Positions 18,336 through 27,647 of a DNA stretch of 39,901 nt are shown here, in pieces (positions within the stretch are counted from its first letter, which is position 1; every line of letters begins with the position of its first letter). Made by a program: the position numbers and the translations under genes. The stretch comes from Planctomycetota bacterium. Lineage in GTDB: Bacteria; Planctomycetota; B15-G4; JADJEK01. The notes under the pieces are model-generated. The model was not told where the DNA came from and ran no database searches. It saw only the letters and a list, made by a program, of their open reading frames with translations. Location: the NCBI GenBank assembly GCA_044225365.1, contig JBGAIQ010000051.1, positions 1-39,901 of the forward strand, written 5' to 3'.

Positions 18336-18608
18336 GACTTCCTCGACGGTGCGAACAGCGAATGGCCGGGCTTCACGGCCTGGACTCGTGGACCGGTCGG
18401 ACCGGTTCGACCCGCCCATCTTTCCGGATCCGAGCGGCCAGTTAAAGGGGCGAGGCGACGTTCGCCACGCGATCGCTCGGTAGGCCCGCCCCCGTTGCGC
18501 CAGCTCGGAATGCGGCCGGGAGTTAGAATATGGGGGCCGGCCGGCGCCAGGGCGCCGGAATCGGCGTTTGACGCCGAACCCGTTCCTTCGTGGAAGTGGC
18601 GAGAGATC

Positions 18609-19145
18609 GTGAATCAGAATACCGCCGATCTTCCGAGCGAGCCCGCGGTGGCACCCCCGAACGGATTCGATCCCGAACCGTTCCGGGCGTCATTGAAGGC
18701 GTATTTGCAGCGGCGCGGCGCGCGCGACGAGGCCGACGATCTCGTGCAGGAGACATTCTTGCGCAGCCTGCAGCGACCGCCGTCGGGCGCGCCGCAGCCG
18801 TGGCTCTATCGCATCGCCGGGAATCTGCTCACCGATCGCCGGCGCTCGCAATCGCGGGCTGCGTCGGCTCTGCCGCACCTCGTTCCGAGCGAGGCGGATG
18901 CCGTACACGGCGCGGCGGCGTCGATCGATCGCGAAGACCTCGCTCGAGCGGGGGATGCGATCGCAGTATTGCCGGACCAACAGCGCCGCGCGCTCCAACT
19001 TCGGCTGCTCGACTCGCTCGACTACGACGCCATCGGCGCGCGCCTAGCCTGCTCGAGCGCGACCGCGCGTCAACACTTCTACCTCGCGATGAAGGCGCTG
19101 CGTGCGGCGCTCGCGGAGACCGAGGACGACCATGCGAATCACTGA
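18609..19145 (+). CDS. ECF-type RNA polymerase sigma factor
   Basis: 3' end of the 16353..19145 ORF: EADDLVQETFLR, WLYRIAGNLLTD, LPDQQRRALQLR..LDYDAIGARL. The GTG start at 18609 is inferred. Confidence 0.88.
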   Translation: MNQNTADLPSEPAVAPPNGFDPEPFRASLKAYLQRRGARDEADDLVQETFLRSLQRPPSGAPQPWLYRIAGNLLTDRRRSQSRAASALPHLVPSEADAVHGAAASIDREDLARAGDAIAVLPDQQRRALQLRLLDSLDYDAIGARLACSSATARQHFYLAMKALRAALAETEDDHANH

Positions 19146-19773
19146 CCCATCCAATCGATTGACGCGATCGAAGCGATCGGATTGCGCGGAGTACGAGTGG
19201 AAGATCCTCGATGCCGTGGTCGACGGCGCCGATGCGGAGACGCTGGCGCACCTCGAGACCTGCGACGACTGCGCCATGCTCGCCTCGCAATACGTGGCGG
19301 TCGCCGGGATCGCGCGCGCGTCGCTGATCCGCGAGCCGGCGCGACGCTCGTGGTTCCGCTCGCCGATCGTGACGCTCGTCGCGGCGCTGCTCCTGGTGTC
19401 CGCCACGACGTTCCTCGCGCGGCGGTCGAACGACGCGAGCGGACTCGCCGAAGCGCACCGGCTCACTGTCCTCCCGAAGGATGGCGCGATCGTCGAACAG
19501 ATCGACCCGCTCCACGCCGCGATCCGCGAAGGAGAGTCGACCTTCGTCTTCGCCGACTCGCGCCCGTCGGTCGAGACGCCGTTCGGCCAGCTCCATTGCT
19601 CGGGCGGTTGCGAATTCACGGTGAGCATCGAGCCCGACGCCTGCGCCTCCCTCGTCGGCCTCAAGATGACGCTCCACGTCACCGCGGGCGAAGTGGCGTC
19701 CCTTTCGAACGGGCGATCCGATATCCTGACGACGGCTCACAGCTTCACGCTGCCCTACGATCACTATCGCTGA
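19132..19773 (+). CDS. Zinc-binding (ZAS) transmembrane anti-sigma factor with FecR-like periplasmic part
   Basis: HLETCDDC is an Hx3Cx2C motif; TM helix IVTLVAALLLVSA; VETPFG and LHVTAGEV are FecR-like. Overlaps the sigma gene end; GAGGA upstream. Confidence 0.75.
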   Translation: MRITDPSNRLTRSKRSDCAEYEWKILDAVVDGADAETLAHLETCDDCAMLASQYVAVAGIARASLIREPARRSWFRSPIVTLVAALLLVSATTFLARRSNDASGLAEAHRLTVLPKDGAIVEQIDPLHAAIREGESTFVFADSRPSVETPFGQLHCSGGCEFTVSIEPDACASLVGLKMTLHVTAGEVASLSNGRSDILTTAHSFTLPYDHYR

Positions 19774-19800
19774 TCCGCGGGACGCGTCACGGAGTTCCGC

Positions 19801-20886
19801 ATGATCGCCGCGGTCGTTTCCCTCGTCAGCCGCGCCCTCGCCGTCGGCGCGGCGTTCGCACCGATGTCCGATGGCCTCGGTCCCGTGATCCACTGCGAGA
19901 ATCCGGTCGCCGACCTCGGCGACGTCTACCAGGGCGAGATCAAGGGCGCGACCTTCACCCTCGAGAACCAGGGCGATGCGCCGCTCGGCCTCCTGCGCAT
20001 CGTCCCGAAGTGCGGATGCACGGTCGCCAAGCTGCACCTGCCGGCGACGAACGAGGACAAGGACATCCCGATGCTCCTCGGGCCCGAGCCCTTCCTCACG
20101 CTGAAGCCGCACGAGAAGTGCGACGTGAAGGTGAATTTCAATTCGTCGGGTCAGACGCTTTCCCACATCGAGAAGTGGGTCGACGTCGACAGCACCGATC
20201 CCAAGACGCCGAAGTATCGCCTCACGCTCAAGATCAACCTGCTGCGCGTCGCGAACTTCGAACCCACGAACATTCAGTTCGGACGCATCCAGCACGGTGA
20301 TTCCGCCGAGGCGTCGATCGACGTCTGGCCGGGGGATGGCGTCGACTTCGACATCGCGAAGATCTCGGCGATCGAGAACATCGAGACGAAGTACGAAAAG
20401 ACCGAGCAGCCCGCGGGCAAGAAGCGATTCCACATCGTGGTGAGGCTGCTGCCGAGCACGCCGATCGGCGACTTCAACAAGACGCTCGCGATCGAGACGA
20501 CACTCGCGATGGCCCCGATCGTGAAGATTCCGATCTTCGCCCTGGTCCTGCCGACGGTCCACGTCGAGACGGGGAATCCGTTCAACACGATGGCGGTCGA
20601 TTTCGGCGTGTTGGAAGCGGGCAAGGGCGGCGAGAAGACGTTCGAGATCGTGAACGGCAAACCGACGGTGCCGTACGTGCCAAAGGAAGTGAAGATCGAT
20701 TCGCCGGTCGCGGGATCGCTGCAGACGACGATCGAAGAAGTGAAAGCCGGAGAGCGCTACAAGATCCACGTCACGGTCGACAAGGCGCTGAAGCAGAAGT
20801 TCTTCAAGGGTACGTTCAAGATCGTCTCCGACCATCCGGAGGCACAGGAGCTCGTCGTTCCGTTCCAGGGATTGATCAAGCAATGA
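19801..20886 (+). CDS. DUF1573 domain exported protein (tandem Ig-like domains)
   Basis: DLGDV..FTLENQGDAPL..PKCGCT..LKPHEK motif; signal peptide; GGAG upstream. Confidence 0.8.
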   Translation: MIAAVVSLVSRALAVGAAFAPMSDGLGPVIHCENPVADLGDVYQGEIKGATFTLENQGDAPLGLLRIVPKCGCTVAKLHLPATNEDKDIPMLLGPEPFLTLKPHEKCDVKVNFNSSGQTLSHIEKWVDVDSTDPKTPKYRLTLKINLLRVANFEPTNIQFGRIQHGDSAEASIDVWPGDGVDFDIAKISAIENIETKYEKTEQPAGKKRFHIVVRLLPSTPIGDFNKTLAIETTLAMAPIVKIPIFALVLPTVHVETGNPFNTMAVDFGVLEAGKGGEKTFEIVNGKPTVPYVPKEVKIDSPVAGSLQTTIEEVKAGERYKIHVTVDKALKQKFFKGTFKIVSDHPEAQELVVPFQGLIKQ

Positions 20887-22517
20887 GCCTCGCAGGATCG
20901 CGAATCGTTGGCGTTCTCTTCCTCTCCGTCATCGGCATCGCCATCGGGGCGCGGGCGAGCGCGGCTCCGCCATGCGAAGTCGCGGTCGCGTTCTCAAGCA
21001 CCGCGCGCAAGGAGCCGCTCACCGGACGACTCCTCATCGCGTTCGCGCGAACGAACAAGCCAGGGCCGATCGCTCAGACCTCGCCGACGGGCGCTCCGCT
21101 CTTCGCGATCGACGTGTCGAACCTCGCTCCCGATTCTCCGGCCAAGCTCGATTCCAGCGCCTTTGGGCATCCGATCGAATCCCTCGCCGGCCTCCCGAAA
21201 GGGCATTACTTCGTACAGGCTTGCTTCAACGTCTACACCGAGGTCTCTCGCGGCGACGGCAAGAAGCTGTGGGTGCACTGGGATCAGGGCGAGGGCCAGC
21301 AATGGCAGCGCTCACCGGGCAATCTGCTGTCGACCCCGCTCGAAGTCGACATCGATCCCGCCGTGGGTTTCTCGCTGAAGCTCGAATGCAACGAGGCGCT
21401 CCCGAAACTCGAACCGCGCAAGGACAGCGATCTCGTCAAGCACGTGACGGTGACGAGCGAACGGCTCTCGAAGTTCTGGGGACGCGAGGTCTCGATCTCG
21501 GCGACGGTACTGCTGCCCCACGGATTCGCCGAACATCCGGACGCGAGTTACCCGGTCTGCTACTCGCAAGGCCACTTCTCGAGCGGTTCGCCGGGAGGCT
21601 ACGGGCGCAATGCGCAGTTCACGAAGTGGTGGGATTCGGTTGCCGCGCCGCGCTTCCTTCTCGTCACGTTTCAGCACGCGACGCCCTTCTACGACGATTC
21701 CTACGCGGTCAATTCGGCGAACAATGGACCCTACGGCGACGCCCTCGTCATGGATCTCGTCCCCGAGGTCGAGAAGCGCTTTCGCGCGATCGGACAGCCG
21801 TGGGCGCGCACGCTCACCGGCGGATCGACCGGCGGCTGGGAGTGCCTCGCATTGCAGATCTTCTACCCGGACTTCTTCAACGGCTGCTGGTCGCTCTGCC
21901 CCGACAGCCTCGACTTCCGTTCGCACCAGATCGTGAACGTCTACGACGACGACAACGCCTACTTCGTCGACAAGGGTTTCACGCGCGTCGAACGGCCGTG
22001 CCGGCGCAGGACCGACGGATCGATCGAGGAGATGATGAAGGACGAGAACCGCTACGAGCTCGTCGTCGGCGACAAGACGCGTTCGGGCGGCCAATGGGAC
22101 GGTTGGGAATCGGTCTTCTCACCGGTCGGCGACGACGGCTATCCGAAGCGGATCTGGGACAAGTACAGCGGCAAGATCGACCACGAAGTCGCGAAGTTCT
22201 GGCAGCAGAACTACGACCTGCGGTTTCTCCTCGAATCCCACTGGACGGAGCTCGCACCGAAGCTGAAGGGTCGCCTCCACGTCTACGTGGGGACCGCCGA
22301 CGACTACTTCCTCAACAACGGCGTGAAGCGTTTCGAAGCGTTCCTGAAGAAGGCGGATCCAGCGGCCGAAGGGACCGTCGAGTACGGCGATGGTCGCGGC
22401 CACTGCTACGGACCGGACCTCGCAACGCTCCTTCCCGAGATGGCGAAGTGGATCGCGGGGACGGCACCCCCGGGCACCGACGTGAGCGTCTTCGTCTCGA
22501 AGTCGTCCGGACGCTGA
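20883..22517 (+). CDS. Exported alpha/beta-hydrolase (Fes-like putative esterase)
   Basis: Nucleophile elbow GGSTGG; DDSYAVNSANNGPYGD; VGTADDY; GRGH; ATGA overlap with the upstream gene; signal peptide. Confidence 0.82.
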   Translation: MSLAGSRIVGVLFLSVIGIAIGARASAAPPCEVAVAFSSTARKEPLTGRLLIAFARTNKPGPIAQTSPTGAPLFAIDVSNLAPDSPAKLDSSAFGHPIESLAGLPKGHYFVQACFNVYTEVSRGDGKKLWVHWDQGEGQQWQRSPGNLLSTPLEVDIDPAVGFSLKLECNEALPKLEPRKDSDLVKHVTVTSERLSKFWGREVSISATVLLPHGFAEHPDASYPVCYSQGHFSSGSPGGYGRNAQFTKWWDSVAAPRFLLVTFQHATPFYDDSYAVNSANNGPYGDALVMDLVPEVEKRFRAIGQPWARTLTGGSTGGWECLALQIFYPDFFNGCWSLCPDSLDFRSHQIVNVYDDDNAYFVDKGFTRVERPCRRRTDGSIEEMMKDENRYELVVGDKTRSGGQWDGWESVFSPVGDDGYPKRIWDKYSGKIDHEVAKFWQQNYDLRFLLESHWTELAPKLKGRLHVYVGTADDYFLNNGVKRFEAFLKKADPAAEGTVEYGDGRGHCYGPDLATLLPEMAKWIAGTAPPGTDVSVFVSKSSGR

Positions 22518-22518
22518 A

Positions 22519-22635
22519 CGAACGCAACGAAGCCTGCGGTCGGCGCCCCACCGCCGCGGTCGTTCGGGACCCGCTCGGATGGTCTGGGTGTCCGCACGGT
22601 GGCGGGGCGACGAACGCAGGCTTCGCTGCGATTCG
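22519..22635. repeat. Long imperfect inverted repeat immediately after the esterase stop codon
   Basis: 22523-22556 matches the reverse complement of 22597-22630 at 29 of 34 positions. Confidence 0.8.
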
Positions 22636-22755
22636 CGAGACGACAGGGCAAGGCCCGTGCCGTTCCCATGCGCCGCCGGCAACGCTGATAAGTCGTGATT
22701 CTGCGGGGATCCGCCGCCCGCATGCGTTTTCGCGCAGCAGCGAAACAATGCGACC

Positions 22756-22785
22756 CGTAGCGATTCGCTGAAGCGAATCGCTGCG
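22756..22785. promoter_or_regulatory. Near-perfect palindrome upstream of the ATP-grasp gene
   Basis: AGCGATTCGCT-GA-AGCGAATCGCT (22759-22782), with further pairing on the flanks. Confidence 0.45.
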
Positions 22786-22898
22786 TCGAACCGTCGAGCC
22801 GATGACAACGGGAAACGCATCGATAGGATGCGAACCGGCGCCGTACTGCTGCGGCGAGACGACGTTGGATGAAAGCTCCTCGGTATGGAGTGATTCGC

Positions 22899-24119
22899 AT
22901 GCACGTGATCTTCGTCGAGCCCGCGTTCCCGACCAACCAGCGACAGTTCGCGCGGGCTCTTCGTCAGGCCGGCGCGTTCGTCTCCGGCGTCGGCGAGCGT
23001 CCCTACGACGCTCTCGATTCGGAACTGAAGGGCTGGCTCAACGCCTACGACCAGGTCGGGTCGGTGTGCAACGAGAACGAGATGATCGCGACCGTGCGCC
23101 GTATCCAGGGCCGCGGCTGGGTCGATCGGCTCGAGGCCACGATCGAAGCGCACATCCTCCCCACCGCCCGCGTTCGCGAGGCGTGCCGCATCCCGGGGAC
23201 CACGGTCGAGACCGCATTCCTCTGTCGCGACAAGCCGACGATGAAGCAGACGCTGCGCGAGCACGACATCCCGTGCGCGCAGTCCGCGGCGGTATCGAGT
23301 GCGGACGAGGCGCGCGAGTTCGCGACGCGCGTCGGCTACCCGCTCATCGTGAAGCCGCGCGACGGCGCGGGCGCTTCGGGCACGTTCAAGTGCGACAACG
23401 CGGAGGAGCTCGAGAATGCGATCCGCGAGTCGTGGCTCGACCGCGGGCGCAGCGTCGCGATCGAGGAGTTCATCGAGGGACACGAGGGCTTCTACGACAC
23501 GATCTCGATCGGCGGCAAAGTGGTGCACGAGTTCATCACGCACTACTACCCGAACGTGCTCGTCGCGATGCGCAATCGCTGGATCTCACCGCAGTTCATC
23601 ACCACGAACCGCCTCGACGCGTCGGGCTACGACGAACTGCGCGTACTCGGGCAGAAGGTGATCACCGCGCTCGGCATCACGACGTCGGCGACGCACATGG
23701 AGTGGTTCGCCGGCAAGAAGGGCCTGAAGTTCTCCGAGATCGGCTGTCGGCCGCCGGGCGTCGGTGCCTGGGACCTCTACTGCAACGCGCACGAGATGGA
23801 CGTCTACGGCGAATGGGCGAACGCGATCGTCCACGGCGCCGCGCGCCAGCGCCAGACGCGCGGATACTCCGCAGGCATCATCGCTCTGCGCCCCACGCAG
23901 GACGGGACCATCGTCGGGTATCAGGGAGTCGATGCGATCGAGCGTGAGTTCGGGCGCTTCATCATCGATTCGCATCTGCCTCCCGAGGGCACCAAGACCC
24001 AGCCTGTCGAAGCCGGCTACATGGCGAACGCCTGGGTACGGATGAAGCATCCCGACTACGACGAACTCCGCCGCATGCTCGATCGCGTCGGCGAGACGAT
24101 CAAGGTCATCGCGCGCTGA
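22899..24119 (+). CDS. ATP-grasp domain protein
   Basis: RDKPTMK, GYPLIVKPRDGAGASGT, IEEFIEGHE, THMEWF, FSEIGCRPPG. ATG 22899 has GGAG upstream. Confidence 0.88.
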   Translation: MHVIFVEPAFPTNQRQFARALRQAGAFVSGVGERPYDALDSELKGWLNAYDQVGSVCNENEMIATVRRIQGRGWVDRLEATIEAHILPTARVREACRIPGTTVETAFLCRDKPTMKQTLREHDIPCAQSAAVSSADEAREFATRVGYPLIVKPRDGAGASGTFKCDNAEELENAIRESWLDRGRSVAIEEFIEGHEGFYDTISIGGKVVHEFITHYYPNVLVAMRNRWISPQFITTNRLDASGYDELRVLGQKVITALGITTSATHMEWFAGKKGLKFSEIGCRPPGVGAWDLYCNAHEMDVYGEWANAIVHGAARQRQTRGYSAGIIALRPTQDGTIVGYQGVDAIEREFGRFIIDSHLPPEGTKTQPVEAGYMANAWVRMKHPDYDELRRMLDRVGETIKVIAR

Positions 24120-24137
24120 TCACCCCTCGAGAGCCTC

Positions 24138-26693
24138 ATGCTCATTTCCCTCACGTTTGCATTCGGCGTTTGCATCGCTTCCACCACCGATCCTTCGATC
24201 CCCACTCCGACTTCCGTCCTGGGTAAGGAACCCGGCTCCGACTTCTTCCTCGCCAATTACGACCAGTCGCTCGCGTATTTCCGCGCGCTCGACGCGGCAT
24301 CGGACCGCGTGATGTTGAAGCAGGTCGGCAAGTCGACGTTCGGACAGGACTGGTACATCGCGCTCATCTCGAGCAAGGAGAACCTCGCACGCATCGATGA
24401 GATCGTCGAGATCTCGCGGAAGCTCGCGGAGGTCGACGGACTCGACGACGCAGCCGCGCACGAACTCGCGAAGAAGGGCCGCGCGATCGTTCACATCGAC
24501 GGCGGGTTGCACGCCGGCGAGGTGGCCTGCGCCCAGCACACGATTCCCCTCGCCTATCGACTCGCGGCCACGCAAGGCGACGCGACGATCGATCGCATCC
24601 TGAACGAGTGCGTGCTCGAGTTGTGGTTCTCGATCAATCCCGACGGCCAGAACATGATCGTCGATTGGTACGACCAGAATCTCGGCACGCCCTTCGAAGT
24701 GAGCCCGATGCCGTGGCTGTATCAGAAGTACATCGGCCACGACAACAACCGCGACGGATACATGAACAACATGCTCGAGTCGCAGGTCGTCACGCGGACG
24801 ACGCTCGAGCTCTGTCCCGTCGTGTTCTACAACCATCATCAGACCGCGCCCTTCCCCGCGCGCATCTGGATCCCGCCGTTCGCCGAACCGGTGTCGAGCA
24901 ACGTCCATCCCTTGATGTGGCGGTGGATGAACGTCTTCGGAACCGGCATGGCGGCGTGGCTCGACGAACACCAGATGACGGGCGCGATCCATCGCGGAAC
25001 CGGATTCGACGACTGGTATCCCGGCTTCATCGATCACGTGAACAGCTTTCGCAACACGGTCTCCTTCCTCACCGAGACGGCGCTGTACGAGTACGCGACG
25101 CCGAAGTTCTACGAAGTCTCCGACTTCCCGCGCGACCGAAGGGACCTGCATCAGGAAGCGCTCTACGCGAGCCCGTGGCGCGGTGGCTGGTGGCACCTCT
25201 CGGACGCCGTTCATTACATGATCGAGGCGTCGATGGCCGTGCTCGACACAGCCGCGCGGTACCGCGAGAACCTGCTGTTCAATCGCTATCGCGCGGGTCG
25301 CGATCAGATCCAGCGCTTCCGCACGGAACCTCCCTTCGCCTACGTCATCCCGCAGCGCCAATTCGATCCGGGCACCGCGGCGACCCTCGTCGACAAATTG
25401 CTCGGCAACGGCATCCGTGTGATGCGCGCGACGAAAGCGTTCCGCGCCAACGGCCGCGAGTACGCCGCGGGCGACACGGTCGTGCTCCTCGATCAACCCT
25501 ACGGCGCGCTCGTGAAGGAACTGTTCGAGACGCAGGAGTATCCCGAGATCAAGGAAGGTGACAAACTCGATCTGCCGTACGACGTCGTGGGCTGGACGCT
25601 GCCCCTGCAGTTCGGAGTCGACGCGCAGGCTGTGCTCGCGCCTCCGACGCCGGCGATGCGGGAGTCCTTGACCCCGGTCGCGACCGCCCCACGGCCGGAG
25701 ATTCCGGCGCCGGGCGATGGTCCCGTGTGGCGGCTCGCACATCGCAGCTCCGATGCGACGCGCGCGATCAACGACGTGCTGAAAGCGGGAGCCCACGTCG
25801 TTCTCGACCCGGCGGAGTCGACGACGGACGGCTTCGTCGAACGCGGTGCGTACTACGTCTACGACATCGACAAGAACGCCTTGGCCTCGATCGCCGCTCG
25901 CCGGCACGTCGTCGCCGAATCCGTGGCGGCGCCGCCTCCTAACTCCCGCGCACTGCAACGCCCGCGCGTCGCTCTCTACCATCCGTGGCAACCGTCGATC
26001 GACGAGGGTTGGACCCGCTGGGTGCTCGAGGAATTCGGTTTCGAGCCGATCCTCCTGCTCAACGACGACGTCCGCGCCGGCCACTTGAAGGACCGCTACG
26101 ACGCCATCGTCCTCTCGGACATCTCCGCACGCTCGATTCGCGAGGGATTCGCAACGGGCACGATTCCGGCACGATACGCGGGTGGAATCGAGAGCGATGG
26201 TGTCGACCGCATGCGCGAATTCGTGAAGGACGGCGGGACGCTCCTCGCGTTCAACGACAGCGCGCGCTTCGCCGTGAGCGAGTTCGCGTTGAAAGTGAAG
26301 GACGTCGCCGCAGATTGGAAGCAGGAGGAGTTCTTCTGCTCCGGATCGCTCCTTCTCACCGAGATCGCCGCCTGCGAGGATTCCGTCGCGTACGGGGTGC
26401 TTCCCGAATCCACGATCAGCTTCAGCAGCAGTCCGGTGTTCGAGACTCAGGAGGGCTTCGCCGGAAGCGTCCTGCTGCGTTATCCGAAGGACCGCCCGCT
26501 GCTGCGATCGGGTTTCCTCCGCGGGAACGACAAACTCGCCGGCAAGGCTGCGCTCGTCGCCGCGAATTACGGCAAGGGAACGATCTATCTCTACGGATTC
26601 CGCCCGCAATGGCGCGGCCAGCCGTTCGGCACGTTCAGGCTGATCTTCAACGCGATCTACGCCTCGACGCTCGCGCCAGCGCAGCACACCTGA
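24138..26693 (+). CDS. M14 zinc carboxypeptidase-family exported protein with C-terminal GATase-like domain
   Basis: GGLHAGE (HxxE), NPDG, HDNNRD, YNHHQ; C-terminal DEGWTRWVLE, YDAIVL, EFVKDGGTLLA. Confidence 0.9.
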   Translation: MLISLTFAFGVCIASTTDPSIPTPTSVLGKEPGSDFFLANYDQSLAYFRALDAASDRVMLKQVGKSTFGQDWYIALISSKENLARIDEIVEISRKLAEVDGLDDAAAHELAKKGRAIVHIDGGLHAGEVACAQHTIPLAYRLAATQGDATIDRILNECVLELWFSINPDGQNMIVDWYDQNLGTPFEVSPMPWLYQKYIGHDNNRDGYMNNMLESQVVTRTTLELCPVVFYNHHQTAPFPARIWIPPFAEPVSSNVHPLMWRWMNVFGTGMAAWLDEHQMTGAIHRGTGFDDWYPGFIDHVNSFRNTVSFLTETALYEYATPKFYEVSDFPRDRRDLHQEALYASPWRGGWWHLSDAVHYMIEASMAVLDTAARYRENLLFNRYRAGRDQIQRFRTEPPFAYVIPQRQFDPGTAATLVDKLLGNGIRVMRATKAFRANGREYAAGDTVVLLDQPYGALVKELFETQEYPEIKEGDKLDLPYDVVGWTLPLQFGVDAQAVLAPPTPAMRESLTPVATAPRPEIPAPGDGPVWRLAHRSSDATRAINDVLKAGAHVVLDPAESTTDGFVERGAYYVYDIDKNALASIAARRHVVAESVAAPPPNSRALQRPRVALYHPWQPSIDEGWTRWVLEEFGFEPILLLNDDVRAGHLKDRYDAIVLSDISARSIREGFATGTIPARYAGGIESDGVDRMREFVKDGGTLLAFNDSARFAVSEFALKVKDVAADWKQEEFFCSGSLLLTEIAACEDSVAYGVLPESTISFSSSPVFETQEGFAGSVLLRYPKDRPLLRSGFLRGNDKLAGKAALVAANYGKGTIYLYGFRPQWRGQPFGTFRLIFNAIYASTLAPAQHT

Positions 26694-26714
26694 CCACCGC
26701 CCCAGACGACTGCG

Positions 26715-27647
26715 TCAGGACTCCCGTGCGTGGCGATCCTTCACGTCCGCGAAGTACGGCAGGATGGAATCCGGTGCGCCTTCCGGTGGCTTGGCGATGA
26801 AGCGAACCCATTTGTGCGTCGCCGGGTGTTCGAGTCCGAGCACCATCGCGCGCAGCAGCATCGACTCCTCGCTGCGCGGTTCGCCGTCCTCGTCGACGTC
26901 GTAGAGCGGATCCCCGATGAGCGGATGCCCGATTGCGGCGAGATGCGCGCGGATCTGGTGCTTCTTGCCCGTCTCGAGGCGCACGCGCACGAACGCACTG
27001 TCCTTCTCCTCGTGGACGACCTCGAATCGCGTGCGGGCGTCCTCACCGCGTTCGCCCAGTTCTTCGTTCACGGGGCGCACCGTGCCGTCCGCGCGCTCCA
27101 CGAGGGAGAAGTCGATTCGGCCACGCTTCTCCTCCGGCACACCGCGAACACGCGCGACGTAGAGCCGCTCGATCGAGTGGCCGTAGAACTGAGTCTTCAG
27201 GGAATCGAACGCTCGTTTGGTCTTTCCGAAGACGAGCAACCCAGAAGCATCCCGATCGAGCCGATGGATCAGGTAGGTGCGCGCCCGCTCGTCCTTCGCT
27301 TTCAGGTAGCGATCGAGGATCTTGAGCACGGTCTCACGACGCTCGCGCGTGTTCGTCGACGTCAGCAACTCGCGAGGCTTGTCGATGATGAGGATGTCGT
27401 CGTCCTCGTGAAGGAGCGTGAGCGGATGCAGGAGCGACTTCGTTTCCTTCGTCTTCGCCTGGAGCACGACGACGTCGGTCTCCGCGAGCGGTGTCTTCAA
27501 CGATTTGGCCGGCGCACCGTTGATCGTGATGCGCCCCGCGCGCACGAACTGCTCGAGCTTTTCGCGCTTCTCGCCGGGCCAGCGGGCGAGAAGCCATTGC
27601 AGCACGTTCTCCGGCCGCGCACCTTGATCACGATCCTTGGAGGCCAT
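26715..27647 (-). CDS. RluA-family pseudouridine synthase with N-terminal S4-like domain
   Basis: IIDKP, HRLDRDASG (catalytic Asp), LETGKKHQIRAHL, GHPLIGDPLY. Start at ATG 27647 overlaps the ubiD end by 20 bp. Confidence 0.9.
   Translation of the reverse strand: MASKDRDQGARPENVLQWLLARWPGEKREKLEQFVRAGRITINGAPAKSLKTPLAETDVVVLQAKTKETKSLLHPLTLLHEDDDILIIDKPRELLTSTNTRERRETVLKILDRYLKAKDERARTYLIHRLDRDASGLLVFGKTKRAFDSLKTQFYGHSIERLYVARVRGVPEEKRGRIDFSLVERADGTVRPVNEELGERGEDARTRFEVVHEEKDSAFVRVRLETGKKHQIRAHLAAIGHPLIGDPLYDVDEDGEPRSEESMLLRAMVLGLEHPATHKWVRFIAKPPEGAPDSILPYFADVKDRHARES

Noticed and set aside
18557-18584. GGAAT...CGTT autoregulatory ECF promoter
   Set aside because: The spacing is about 2 nt longer than typical and there is no other support.
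16353-19145. 930-aa ORF as a giant sigma-factor fusion
   Set aside because: Only the last ~178 codons are sigma-like; the rest is the antisense shadow of the radical SAM and alkA genes.
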